The position numbers and the translations under genes are program-made. A stretch of 64,000 nucleotides of DNA from Mycobacteriales bacterium (GTDB lineage: Bacteria; Actinomycetota; Actinomycetes; JAFAQI01): contig DASZVL010000028.1 of the NCBI GenBank assembly GCA_035547035.1, positions 50,230-114,229 on the forward strand, in the 5' to 3' direction. The notes beneath the pieces were generated by a model. That model had not been told where the DNA came from. It did not search any database and worked only from the letters and a program-made list of their open reading frames with translations. This document shows positions 29,766 through 38,285 of this stretch, piece after piece; positions within the stretch are counted from its first letter, which is position 1; the number at the start of each line of letters is the position of its first letter.

Positions 29766-31589
29766 GTGAGACGCCGTACCGCTTGCAGCTTGTTCCTCGC
29801 CGCCGCGTTGGGCTGCGGCCTGGTTCCGGCGGTGGGGCAGGCCGCTTCGGCCGCCGGCACCGTCCAGAGGCAGGGCTACATCCCGTTGAAGGACGGGGTG
29901 CACCTCGAGTACACCGTCGACCTCCCTGCCGCGCGCGGCAGGTTCCCGGTTGCGCTGGTCTACGACGGCTACTGCGAGGGGGCCGGACCGCTGTCGTGCA
30001 ACGACACGCAGACGGCGCCGGCGCTGCTCAAGGCCGGCTTCGCCGTACTCGGCGTGAGCATCCGCGGCACCAGCTGCTCGACCGGCCACTTCGACCCGAT
30101 GACGAACCAGGAGTGGCGCGACGGCTACGCGGCAGTCGAGTGGGCGGCGCGCCAACCGTGGTCGACCGGCCACGTCGGGATGTTCGGCGACTCGTTCCCC
30201 GGCATCACCCAGCTCGGCGTCGCGGGGCTGCGCCCGCCCCACCTCGATGCCATCGCACCGTTCCAGGTGACGACCGACATCTACCGTGACGTCGGCTACC
30301 CGGGTGGCATCGCGAACCTGGCCTTCGGCGCCTTCTGGCCGCTCGTGGACCAGCCCAACGCGTCCTTCCAGAGCGGCGTCCGGCAGACGTTGTCCACCGG
30401 GGACGCCGACTGCGCGCAGGCGCAGGCGGTTCATGCCGCCAACCTCGCGACGGCGCACAACCTCTCCCTGCAGGGTCTGCTGCACCAGTACGACGGCGCG
30501 TGGTGGCAGGCAAGAGAACCGGGCGCGAACGCGGCGCGGATCGACATCCCGACGTTCGGGTGCGAGAGCTGGCAGGACGACGAGGTGGGCAGCCGGGGCT
30601 CCACCTACCTGAGCGGTCTGGACCCCGCGAAGACGTGGGTCGTCGCGAGCAACGGCTACCACGCGATGTGCGAGCTGTCAGCGCCGCGCATCGCGAGCGA
30701 GCTCGTCGCGTTCTTCAACCGGTTCGTGAAGGGTGAGCACAACGGCTTCGAGCAGAAGACGCCGCACGTCCAGGTCTGGCACGACACCGCGGTCAAGGGC
30801 GGCGACAACACTCCTAGCTGGATCTCGGACTACAAGTCGCTGTCGTCGATCCCGGTGCGGCCGCTCGCTCTCTACTTCCACCCGAACGGCGTGCTGTCGC
30901 TCGCCCGACCCAACGGCAACGGCGGCTCGAACAGCTACGTCTATCCCGGGCCGTCACTCGGCAACGAGGACGGTGTCGTAGTCGGCCAGCAGAACAAGCT
31001 GTGGAAGGTGCCGGAGCCGCCGGGCGCATCGGTCTCCTACACCACACCACGCCTGACTCACGACGCCGAGTTCTTCGGCTCGGGCTCGGCGAACCTCTGG
31101 GTCAGCTCGACGGCGCCCGACACCGACCTGCAGATCACGCTCACGGAGGTCCGCCCCGACGGGCAGGAGGTGTACGTCGCGCGCGGGTGGCTTCGCGCCT
31201 CGCACCGGAGCCTGGTGAAGAAGCGTTCGACCGCCCTGGCGCCGTACCACTCCGACCAGGAGTCGGACACGCAGTCGCTGACGCCCGGCAAGCCGACCTA
31301 CATGCGCGTCCAGCTGTGGCCGTTCGACTACGTGTTCCGCAAGGGATCGCGGCTGCGGCTGTGGGTTGATGCCCCGACCGGATTCACCGGGCTCTGGTCG
31401 TTCAACTTCATCAACGACGCAGCGGTCAACACGGTGTACGCCGAGCCGCAGCATGCGTCGAAGCTCGTCCTCGGCCACCTCGTGGGCGGGCGCGCGAAGC
31501 GCGGCTACCCGGCCTGCGACACGCTGCTCAACCAGCCGTGCCGGACGAACCAGGGGTCACTGCCGGGCGGGTCGCTGACGATCCGCTAG
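29766..31589 (+). CDS. secreted CocE/NonD family hydrolase (S15 X-Pro dipeptidyl-peptidase-like)
   Basis: Has a signal peptide (MRRRTACSLFLAAALGCGLVPAVGQAASA), S15-type architecture with the elbow MFGDSFPG, and a C-terminal beta-sandwich region. Confidence 0.75.
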   Translation: MRRRTACSLFLAAALGCGLVPAVGQAASAAGTVQRQGYIPLKDGVHLEYTVDLPAARGRFPVALVYDGYCEGAGPLSCNDTQTAPALLKAGFAVLGVSIRGTSCSTGHFDPMTNQEWRDGYAAVEWAARQPWSTGHVGMFGDSFPGITQLGVAGLRPPHLDAIAPFQVTTDIYRDVGYPGGIANLAFGAFWPLVDQPNASFQSGVRQTLSTGDADCAQAQAVHAANLATAHNLSLQGLLHQYDGAWWQAREPGANAARIDIPTFGCESWQDDEVGSRGSTYLSGLDPAKTWVVASNGYHAMCELSAPRIASELVAFFNRFVKGEHNGFEQKTPHVQVWHDTAVKGGDNTPSWISDYKSLSSIPVRPLALYFHPNGVLSLARPNGNGGSNSYVYPGPSLGNEDGVVVGQQNKLWKVPEPPGASVSYTTPRLTHDAEFFGSGSANLWVSSTAPDTDLQITLTEVRPDGQEVYVARGWLRASHRSLVKKRSTALAPYHSDQESDTQSLTPGKPTYMRVQLWPFDYVFRKGSRLRLWVDAPTGFTGLWSFNFINDAAVNTVYAEPQHASKLVLGHLVGGRAKRGYPACDTLLNQPCRTNQGSLPGGSLTIR

Positions 31590-31600
31590 CCGGGCTCGCG

Positions 31601-32422
31601 TTACTGCACGGCCGACGCGTGGTTCGGCGGGCGCATCTCCACCTCGGAGGCCAGCCCGACCACCGTCGCCAGGCCGATCGGACCGAACCGGTCGACCATG
31701 ACGGCCGAGCCCACCGCGACCCCATCGGCATCGACGCGGTCGCGTGCGGTCATCCCGAGCATCGTTCCCTGCGGCTCACGGCTGAGCAGCAGCGTCACGT
31801 CGGAGTTCACGTACTGCAGGCCGTCGCTCCCCCAGTTCGTGAGCGGGTTCGCGACATCGGCCACGGCTGCGGCTCGTACGAACGGCGACGTCGGCTCACC
31901 CTCCACCAGGGTCGCGTCGAAGTCGTACCAGACGTACTTCTGCTGGCTGGGGTCACGCCAGGGCTCGAAGTCGCGGGCCGCCCTCGCGTCCGGTCCGACG
32001 TAGGGCTTGGGTCCGAAAGCCGGCGTCTGCTCCGGGGCCGGAGGGTCGGGCATCGTGACCGACGGCGTCCACACCTCTCCGGAGGGCGGCTTCGAGCGAC
32101 GCGCGAACACGCCCCGGCCGTGCGCGACGCCGCGGCCGTCCTGCGTGATCGTGACGTCGACCATGCGCAGCCGCCGACCCTCCCGCACCACGGTGGCCTC
32201 CGTGCGCAGCTCTCCCATCCGCGCCATGCGCACCATGTCGACGGTCAGCCGGGTGCCGACGAAGTCGGCGTCTCCTGCGGCCTGCTCGGCGGCGTACCCG
32301 ACCAGCCCGGCGACGACGAGGCCGCTCACCGTCGCCGGGCCCCAGGGACCTACGGCCGACGGACTAGGCACAAATGCCTCACCGTCGCGCGCGAGGAACG
32401 TTCGGCTGTCGGTCACCGACAC
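31601..32422 (-). CDS. thioesterase-like (double hot-dog, TesB-like) family protein
   Basis: The 273-aa ORF resembles acyl-CoA thioesterase II-like proteins in length and pattern (GPWGPATVSGLVVAG...VVREGRRLRMVDVTI). Called by eye. Confidence 0.6.
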   Translation of the reverse strand: MSVTDSRTFLARDGEAFVPSPSAVGPWGPATVSGLVVAGLVGYAAEQAAGDADFVGTRLTVDMVRMARMGELRTEATVVREGRRLRMVDVTITQDGRGVAHGRGVFARRSKPPSGEVWTPSVTMPDPPAPEQTPAFGPKPYVGPDARAARDFEPWRDPSQQKYVWYDFDATLVEGEPTSPFVRAAAVADVANPLTNWGSDGLQYVNSDVTLLLSREPQGTMLGMTARDRVDADGVAVGSAVMVDRFGPIGLATVVGLASEVEMRPPNHASAVQ

Positions 32423-32501
32423 ATCCTGCCTCGTCGGCGGGCGGCGAAAGTCAGCGCACCCTTAGGTGACGCGGACGTCATAGAACGTGTACAAGTGATG
32501 T

Positions 32502-33740
32502 GTGACTGAGGCCGACGTGACCATCGCAGCCGCCATCCCCGAGGCAAGTCTGGGCGAACGGCAGGCCACCGACGACATGACGGCCCTTCTCGACTTCTCT
32601 TCGCCACACCTTCGGTTCAAGAGCCTGACCGAGGCCGGCGGCTTCCTCGTGCCGATGGAAGGCATGGCGATGCAGTTCGACCGGGAGACGATCGAGTACG
32701 TCCTGCATCACCCGGAGCTGTTCTCCTCCCGGATCGACCTCGGACTCGGCAACATCCGCCCGCTGATCCCACTGAACGTCGACCCACCCCAGCACTCCAA
32801 CTTCCGGCGGCTGCTCGACCCGTTGTTCTCCCCGAAGAAGATGACGGCGTACGAGCCCGACATCGCGCTGCGCGCGAACGCGTTGATCGACACCTTCATC
32901 GACAACGGCAGCTGCAACTTCTCCGACGACTTCGCCGACGTGCTGCCGAGCACGATCTTCCTCGACCTGACCGGCCTGCCCCAGGAGCGGCTCGACGAGT
33001 TCCTGCACCTCCGCGACGGCATCCTTCACCCGGAGAAGCTCGACGAGATGGCGGCCTTCGATCCCGAAGCGCGGACGAAGGTCCTGTACGGCACCGGCGA
33101 GAAGATCTACGCGCTGTTCACCGAGCTCATCGACGAGCGCCGCAAGCAGCCCGGCGACGACGTCATCTCGCAGTTCCTCGCGGCGGAGGTCGACGGCGAG
33201 CGCCTCACGCACGAGGACATCCTCGACATCCTGTTCCTCTTCCTGATCGCGGGCCTCGACACGGTGAGCGACACCCTCACCTGCATGTACGCGTTCCTGG
33301 CGCGCAGCCCGGAGCACCGCAAGCAGCTCGTGGACGATCCCGCCTGCATCGACAACGCGGTGGAGGAGATGCTGCGATGGGAGGCGCCGGTCCCGTTCTC
33401 CTCGCCGCGTTCCGCGACACAGGACGTCACGCTCCCCAACGGCTGTCCGGTGACCGCCGGCTCGATGGTGCTGTGCGCCTACGGTTCGGCCAACGTCGAT
33501 CCGACGGAGTACCCGGACGCCCACGACGTGCGATTCGACCGGACGAAGAACCGCCACATCACCTTCGGGATGGGCCCGCACCGCTGCCTCGGGTCGCACC
33601 TCGCCCGTCGTGAGCTGCGGGTCGCGTTGCGCGAGTGGCACAGCCGGATCCCGGACTACTGGATCACGCCGGGCCACGAGGAGCTCGTGTACCCACCCGG
33701 GCTGCGGCACGTGAAAGACCTGATGCTCACCTGGAAGTAG
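32502..33740 (+). CDS. cytochrome P450
   Basis: Has the I-helix AGLDTVS, the ExxR motif (EEMLRWE) and the heme-thiolate loop FGMGPHRCLGSHLA. Confidence 0.9.
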   Translation: MTEADVTIAAAIPEASLGERQATDDMTALLDFSSPHLRFKSLTEAGGFLVPMEGMAMQFDRETIEYVLHHPELFSSRIDLGLGNIRPLIPLNVDPPQHSNFRRLLDPLFSPKKMTAYEPDIALRANALIDTFIDNGSCNFSDDFADVLPSTIFLDLTGLPQERLDEFLHLRDGILHPEKLDEMAAFDPEARTKVLYGTGEKIYALFTELIDERRKQPGDDVISQFLAAEVDGERLTHEDILDILFLFLIAGLDTVSDTLTCMYAFLARSPEHRKQLVDDPACIDNAVEEMLRWEAPVPFSSPRSATQDVTLPNGCPVTAGSMVLCAYGSANVDPTEYPDAHDVRFDRTKNRHITFGMGPHRCLGSHLARRELRVALREWHSRIPDYWITPGHEELVYPPGLRHVKDLMLTWK

Positions 33741-33796
33741 GCCGATCGGCTGATCCAGGCTGTGTGCCACCCCGCGAGGCGGGGTATCCGTGCCTC

Positions 33797-34072
33797 ATGA
33801 GTGAAGCCCTGAGCGACGCGATGTCCACCATCCGCGAGCACGCACCCTCGATGCCCTCGGCCAAGGACGCGCGCGACGCCGTCAAGTCGCATCTCCCCTC
33901 GATCGACACGTCCGCGATCGCCGAGCACCTTCCGAACCCGCGCCACGGGAAGCGGAAGATGATGGCGATCATCGGCGGGCTGGCTGCGGCCGCAGCCGCC
34001 TTCGGCATCGCGCGCCGCCGCCGGACGCCCGAGCCTGCGACGCTGTACACGCCACCGCTCCCCAAGCCCTGA
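33797..34072 (+). CDS. hypothetical tail-anchored small protein (91 aa)
   Basis: Starts at the ATG at 33797. A single C-terminal hydrophobic span (MMAIIGGLAAAAAAFGIA) is followed by RRRR. No recognisable family. Confidence 0.4.
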   Translation: MSEALSDAMSTIREHAPSMPSAKDARDAVKSHLPSIDTSAIAEHLPNPRHGKRKMMAIIGGLAAAAAAFGIARRRRTPEPATLYTPPLPKP

Positions 34073-34089
34073 CGGGTAGCGGGGAGCAA

Positions 34090-34317
34090 TCAGGCGAGCG
34101 ACGAGCTCCAGCGGGCGGCGGCGTCCTTGCGCGGGTTGCCGACGTGCCAGCCGCCGCAGCGAGAGCAGAAGTGCGCCGCCAGCATGAAGTCCTCGTCGAA
34201 GTGGCGACGCCGCGCCATGGCATACCAAGCCTGCCGGTCCGCTTCGGTGTAGGTGTCGAAGCGCTGCCGGCCGTCGCAGGTTTCCAACGTGACGGTGACT
34301 GGGGAAGTAGTGCTCAC
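34090..34317 (-). CDS. hypothetical 75-aa Cys/His protein
   Basis: Starts at the GTG at 34317, 29 nt after the acyl-CoA synthetase stop. Third-position GC bias is strong. It contains C14 plus the cluster CSRCGGWH. No recognisable family. Confidence 0.5.
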   Translation of the reverse strand: MSTTSPVTVTLETCDGRQRFDTYTEADRQAWYAMARRRHFDEDFMLAAHFCSRCGGWHVGNPRKDAAARWSSSLA

Positions 34318-34346
34318 GAGTAGTTGATGCCCGGAGCTCAAGATCG

Positions 34347-35786
34347 TTACGCCTGTGACAGGCGCTCCGCGCGCAGCTGCGATCGGCGCACCTTCGCGGC
34401 GTCGTCGCGCAGCGGCTCGTCGACCCGCTCGAACGTCCGCGGCACCTTGTACTTCGTCAGCCGTTCGCTGCACCAGGCCCGCAGGCCGTCGTCGTCGATC
34501 TCCGCGTTGAGCTGGACGAGCGCGTGCAGCCGGTTGCCGAGGTCGTCGTCGGGCAGCCCGATCACACACGACGACATGACGGCCGGGTGCTCGTCGAGGG
34601 CCGCCTCGACCTCTGCGGGATACACGTTGCTGCCGCCGACCAGGACCATGTCGGTGAGCCGGTCGTTGAGATACAGGTAGCCGTCCTCGTCCATCCAGCC
34701 GAGATCGCCGAGGGACTCCCAACCGTCCTCGCGAACCCGAGCTTCGGCACCGATGTACTTGTACGTCGGACCGGCGTCGGACTTCAGCCACACCTCACCG
34801 ACCTCACCGGCCGGCAGCGGGTTGCCGTCGGAGTCGCAGATCTGCATCCGGCCGATCACCGGCCGGCCCACGGACCCGCGGTGCTCGAGCCACTCGACCC
34901 CGTTGATGAAGGTCGCGGCCTGCGCTTCGGTGCCGGCGTACAGCTCCATGATCCGCTCCGGGCCCAGCCAGTCGATCCACGCCTGCTTGAGGTACGGCGG
35001 GCACGGCGCCGCCATGTGCATCACGGTGTGCAGGCTTTCGAGGTCGTAGCGCAGCCGGACGTCCTCCGGCAGCTTCGAGATCCGCGACATCATCGTCGGC
35101 ACGAGGTAGACCCAACCGGCGCGGTGCCGCTCAATCAGCTGCAGCGTGGTCTCGGCATCGAACCGACCGGGCAGCACCACATGCCCGCCGGTGGCGAGCG
35201 TTGCGCTCGAGGTGAGAAACGGCCCGTTGTGGTGCATCGGCGCCGTGATCAGCGAGGTGTCGCCCGCCTTGATGCGCATCGCGGCCCCGAGAAGCGCGAG
35301 CCCTTCCGCCTCTGCGGGGTTCGTCGCGACGATCAGCTTCGGCCTGCCGGTCGAGCCGCCGGACATCGGCGCCTTCAGATTCGGTGACGTGACATCGGGA
35401 AGCGGCGCAGGCGCTGAGCCGGACGGCTCCGGGAGGCTCAGCAGCGACGGTGCAACGCCGCCGCCGTCGAAGCCGATGGCAACCGCGGGCTTTGCCAGCT
35501 CGAGCACCGCGTCGAGCTCAGCGCGCGGCATGTTGGCGGGCACCGGCTGCGGCGTCGCGCCGACGATCCACGTGGCCAGTGCCGCTACCAAGAAGGTCGC
35601 GTCCGTCGGCAACCCGATCGACACGAGGTCGCCGACAACGACGCCGCGCGCGATCAGCTCATGGGCGACGACGTCGGACCACTCGATGACCTGCTTGCGA
35701 GTGAGTGTCGCCTTCGTGTCTGTGATCGCAGGCGCGTCCGGCGCAACGGCAGCAAGACTTCGAAACGCGGCGGGGATCGACGGCAC
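34347..35786 (-). CDS. AMP-dependent acyl-CoA synthetase/ligase
   Basis: ANL superfamily motifs are present: the AMP-binding MSGGSTGRPKLIV, YAGTEA, GDLGWMDEDGYLYL and VPRTFERVDEPLR. Confidence 0.85.
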   Translation of the reverse strand: MPSIPAAFRSLAAVAPDAPAITDTKATLTRKQVIEWSDVVAHELIARGVVVGDLVSIGLPTDATFLVAALATWIVGATPQPVPANMPRAELDAVLELAKPAVAIGFDGGGVAPSLLSLPEPSGSAPAPLPDVTSPNLKAPMSGGSTGRPKLIVATNPAEAEGLALLGAAMRIKAGDTSLITAPMHHNGPFLTSSATLATGGHVVLPGRFDAETTLQLIERHRAGWVYLVPTMMSRISKLPEDVRLRYDLESLHTVMHMAAPCPPYLKQAWIDWLGPERIMELYAGTEAQAATFINGVEWLEHRGSVGRPVIGRMQICDSDGNPLPAGEVGEVWLKSDAGPTYKYIGAEARVREDGWESLGDLGWMDEDGYLYLNDRLTDMVLVGGSNVYPAEVEAALDEHPAVMSSCVIGLPDDDLGNRLHALVQLNAEIDDDGLRAWCSERLTKYKVPRTFERVDEPLRDDAAKVRRSQLRAERLSQA

Positions 35787-35789
35787 GCT

Positions 35790-36500
35790 TTATGCACCCA
35801 CCATGCGCAGCGCGAGCTCGGCGTACTCGTCGCTCAGCTGCTCTGCGGAGATGTCGGACTGATACGGATACCACCGTGCGGCGTCGACACCCATGCTGGC
35901 CATGGCAAACAGAGTCGCAGGTCCGCTGCGGATCACGAACACACCTTGCTCGACTCCGCGAGCGAGCACCTCTTCCACGAGCCCGGCCGAGCGGCGACGG
36001 TTCGACTCGACATGAACCCTGGCGTCCGGCGGCAGGTGTCGCGCCTCGTGGTTGACCACGAGGCCGAGGTTCGGGAACTCGCAGTGCACCGTCACGTGGC
36101 ACTGAATCGCCGCCCGTAGCTGCTCGCGCGGCTCTGCCGGGGCGTTGACGATCGCCGCGATCAACCGCTCGAGGTGCGTCTCGAACCCGAGCATCACGAG
36201 CTCGGTCAGCATCGCGTCCTTCGACGGGAAGTGGTTGTAGAGGCTGGCTGACTGCATGCCGGCTTCTCCGGCGATGTCACGGATCGAGCTTGCGGCGAAG
36301 CCTTGCTCGGCGAAGAGCACCAAGCAGGCCTCGAGAACGCGCAGCTGGCCGAGGGTCAACCGGTCGGTCGGCGGGAGGGCGCGCGGGTCGAGATCGCTGC
36401 GCCAGCCGCGAGGTCTCGTCCCGCCGGCCGGCACCGCCGCAAGGCCCGCGTTGCGCTTCGCCACGCGCACCAGCAAACCGGTAACGAAGCCAGGAGTCAA
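35790..36500 (-). CDS. TetR family transcriptional regulator
   Basis: The HTH is ACLVLFAEQGFAASSIRDIAGEAGMQSASLYNHFPSK. The ORF-track start is a TTG at 36500; the true start may be further downstream. Confidence 0.75.
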   Translation of the reverse strand: MTPGFVTGLLVRVAKRNAGLAAVPAGGTRPRGWRSDLDPRALPPTDRLTLGQLRVLEACLVLFAEQGFAASSIRDIAGEAGMQSASLYNHFPSKDAMLTELVMLGFETHLERLIAAIVNAPAEPREQLRAAIQCHVTVHCEFPNLGLVVNHEARHLPPDARVHVESNRRRSAGLVEEVLARGVEQGVFVIRSGPATLFAMASMGVDAARWYPYQSDISAEQLSDEYAELALRMVGA

Positions 36501-36516
36501 CGATCGTTCGATAGTC
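36498..36516. promoter_or_regulatory. 19-mer CAACGATCGTTCGATAGTC, copy 1 of a direct repeat (candidate operator)
   Basis: Matches 36607-36625 at 17 of 19 positions. It lies at the TetR 5' end, in the divergent region. Confidence 0.35.
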
Positions 36517-36606
36517 CAACGCGGCGAAATCGCCCCGAGTCAGCCGCAGACAGCTGATTTACAGCCTCCCTTGACGCCAACGCAGGCGTCGTGGCTTACT
36601 TCTCGC

Positions 36607-36625
36607 CAACGATCGATTGATAGTC
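36607..36625. promoter_or_regulatory. 19-mer CAACGATCGATTGATAGTC, copy 2 of a direct repeat (candidate operator)
   Basis: Matches copy 1 at 17 of 19 positions. It lies 42 nt upstream of the lipoprotein start at 36667. Confidence 0.35.
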
Positions 36626-36666
36626 GACGACGACAGATTCAGCAAACCGTTGCCCAACGAGGTGCG

Positions 36667-38253
36667 ATGACGCCCAACCCATCTCGACGTCGAGCTCGCA
36701 GCATCACGGCGGGTGCCGGCGCTGCACTGGTCGTGCTGTCCGCGGCGGCGTGTGGCAGCACGGTGCGAAATGCACACGAGATCCTCGCGCAGCGCGCGCA
36801 GGCCGGGTACGACAGCGGCGCGCTCGGCAACGCGCCGACCCGCGTCGCTCCCACGGCATCGGCGCCGGGCGTCGCGGGCGGGAATCCCTCCGCCTCGACC
36901 GGCGCCGGCGACACGGCAGCCGGCGCGGTCGTGACACCGGGCGCGGCTCGCGGCACGCGCCGTGGCGCGACGCAGCCCCCGACGTCGACCACTACGCCGA
37001 CCAACGCCCCGAAACACCATGCCGCCGTGTTCACCGGGCCGGCGAAGCTCGCGCCGGTCGAGGTGGGAGTCGCCGTCTCACAGGATGTGGGCCAGTTCGC
37101 GAAGCTGTTCGGCGGAACGGCAGACGTCGGAAACCTCGAAACCGACTCCAACGCCGTGATCGCCTACATCAACAAGCACGGCGGGTTCGCCGGGCACGTC
37201 GTACGCCCGGTCTACTACTCGATCCAGCTGACCAGCACGCAGCCGTACTCCACGACGATGGCCGCGATCTGCAGCTCCTGGACGGAGGACCACAAAGTCG
37301 CGGCTGGGATCGCCGTCGGCTTCAACATTCCGAACGATCTCGCGCAGTGCTTGAGCGCCAAGCACATCCCGTACCTGTCGGGCGGCAACTACCTCCACGA
37401 CAGCACCTCCTACCAGCAGATTCCCTACCTGATCAGTCCGTACGAGGCCGGCACCGACGAGGTGATGTCGGCGCTGCTGCCGCACCTGCTCAACAGCGGC
37501 TGGCTCACCGCCAAGAGTCACGTCGGCGTACTGCTCGCCAGCAACGAGACCGCTGCGGTTCGGGCCTACAACAACGTCATCGTGCCGGAGCTCAAGGGGC
37601 GGGTTGCCGCTGTGACGCAGTACGGCGTCAACTTCCCCCCGTCGACCCAGGCCGCGGTCGCGACCTCGCAGACCATCTCGAACGACGAGCTCCACGCCCG
37701 TGCCAACGGGGTGACCAACGTGATCTTCCTCGCGCCGGGCGCCGAAGGCAGCTTCATCGACGACGCCTACCAGCAGAAGTGGTTTCCGAAGTACGCGATC
37801 ACGTCGTTCGACACCCCATGGGCGGGGACCCTCGCGCACAACAAGGAGGAGCGGGCAACGCTCGCCGGTTCGATCGGGATCGGCTGGCAACCAACGATGG
37901 ACGTCGGCACCTACGGCAACAACGTCTTCACCAACCCGGTGACCAGGACCTGCAACTCGATCCTCAAGCCGACCGGCCAGCTCACGAGCAACGTCCGCGA
38001 GTTCGCCGGCTACCAGTTCTGTGACGCCTTGCTGTCGGTGCAGGCGGCAGCCAACGCCTCAGGCGCGGCGAGCGTCGTCGGGCCCGCGATCCTTGCCGGC
38101 TACAACGCCCTCGGCACCTCGCACCCCGACGCGATGACCTTCGCCGAGCGCATCGACGCGCACCAGCACAACGGGGCGAGCGCGTTCCGGCCGCTGACCT
38201 ACTCCCCCAGCTGCAGCTGCTTCCGCTACACCGGCGGCCTCAGCAGCTTCTGA
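36667..38253 (+). CDS. Cys-rich PBP1/LivK-like substrate-binding lipoprotein, paralog 3
   Basis: Starts at the ATG at 36667 (MTPNPSRRRARSITAGAGAALVVLSAAACGS, with twin Arg and a lipobox). A linker of about 95 aa precedes the core VEVGVAVS...YINKHGGFAGHVVRPVYY. It ends in SCSCFRYTG. Confidence 0.7.
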   Translation: MTPNPSRRRARSITAGAGAALVVLSAAACGSTVRNAHEILAQRAQAGYDSGALGNAPTRVAPTASAPGVAGGNPSASTGAGDTAAGAVVTPGAARGTRRGATQPPTSTTTPTNAPKHHAAVFTGPAKLAPVEVGVAVSQDVGQFAKLFGGTADVGNLETDSNAVIAYINKHGGFAGHVVRPVYYSIQLTSTQPYSTTMAAICSSWTEDHKVAAGIAVGFNIPNDLAQCLSAKHIPYLSGGNYLHDSTSYQQIPYLISPYEAGTDEVMSALLPHLLNSGWLTAKSHVGVLLASNETAAVRAYNNVIVPELKGRVAAVTQYGVNFPPSTQAAVATSQTISNDELHARANGVTNVIFLAPGAEGSFIDDAYQQKWFPKYAITSFDTPWAGTLAHNKEERATLAGSIGIGWQPTMDVGTYGNNVFTNPVTRTCNSILKPTGQLTSNVREFAGYQFCDALLSVQAAANASGAASVVGPAILAGYNALGTSHPDAMTFAERIDAHQHNGASAFRPLTYSPSCSCFRYTGGLSSF

Positions 38254-38285
38254 TCCGACCTCCCGTTTCGAGATCCGAGGACCAC

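Noticed and set aside
28143-30662. An 839-aa ORF on the minus strand.
   Set aside because: It runs antisense to two well-supported genes (ALDH and CocE/NonD). Its composition is Arg/Gly/Asp/Val-rich with no motifs. This is the typical stop-codon-poor antisense frame of very GC-rich DNA.
32498-32509. A three-codon mini-ORF (ATG TGT GAC TGA) just before and overlapping the P450 start, considered as a biarylitide-like RiPP precursor.
   Set aside because: It encodes only M-C-D, lacks the Tyr/His residues cross-linked by such P450s, and overlaps the P450 start codon. It is most likely chance.
33769-33785. A 7-bp stem hairpin, ACCCCGC-GAG-GCGGGGT, after the P450 stop, considered as a terminator.
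   Set aside because: It has no U-tract and lies only 11 nt before the next candidate start codon. The evidence is too weak to call.
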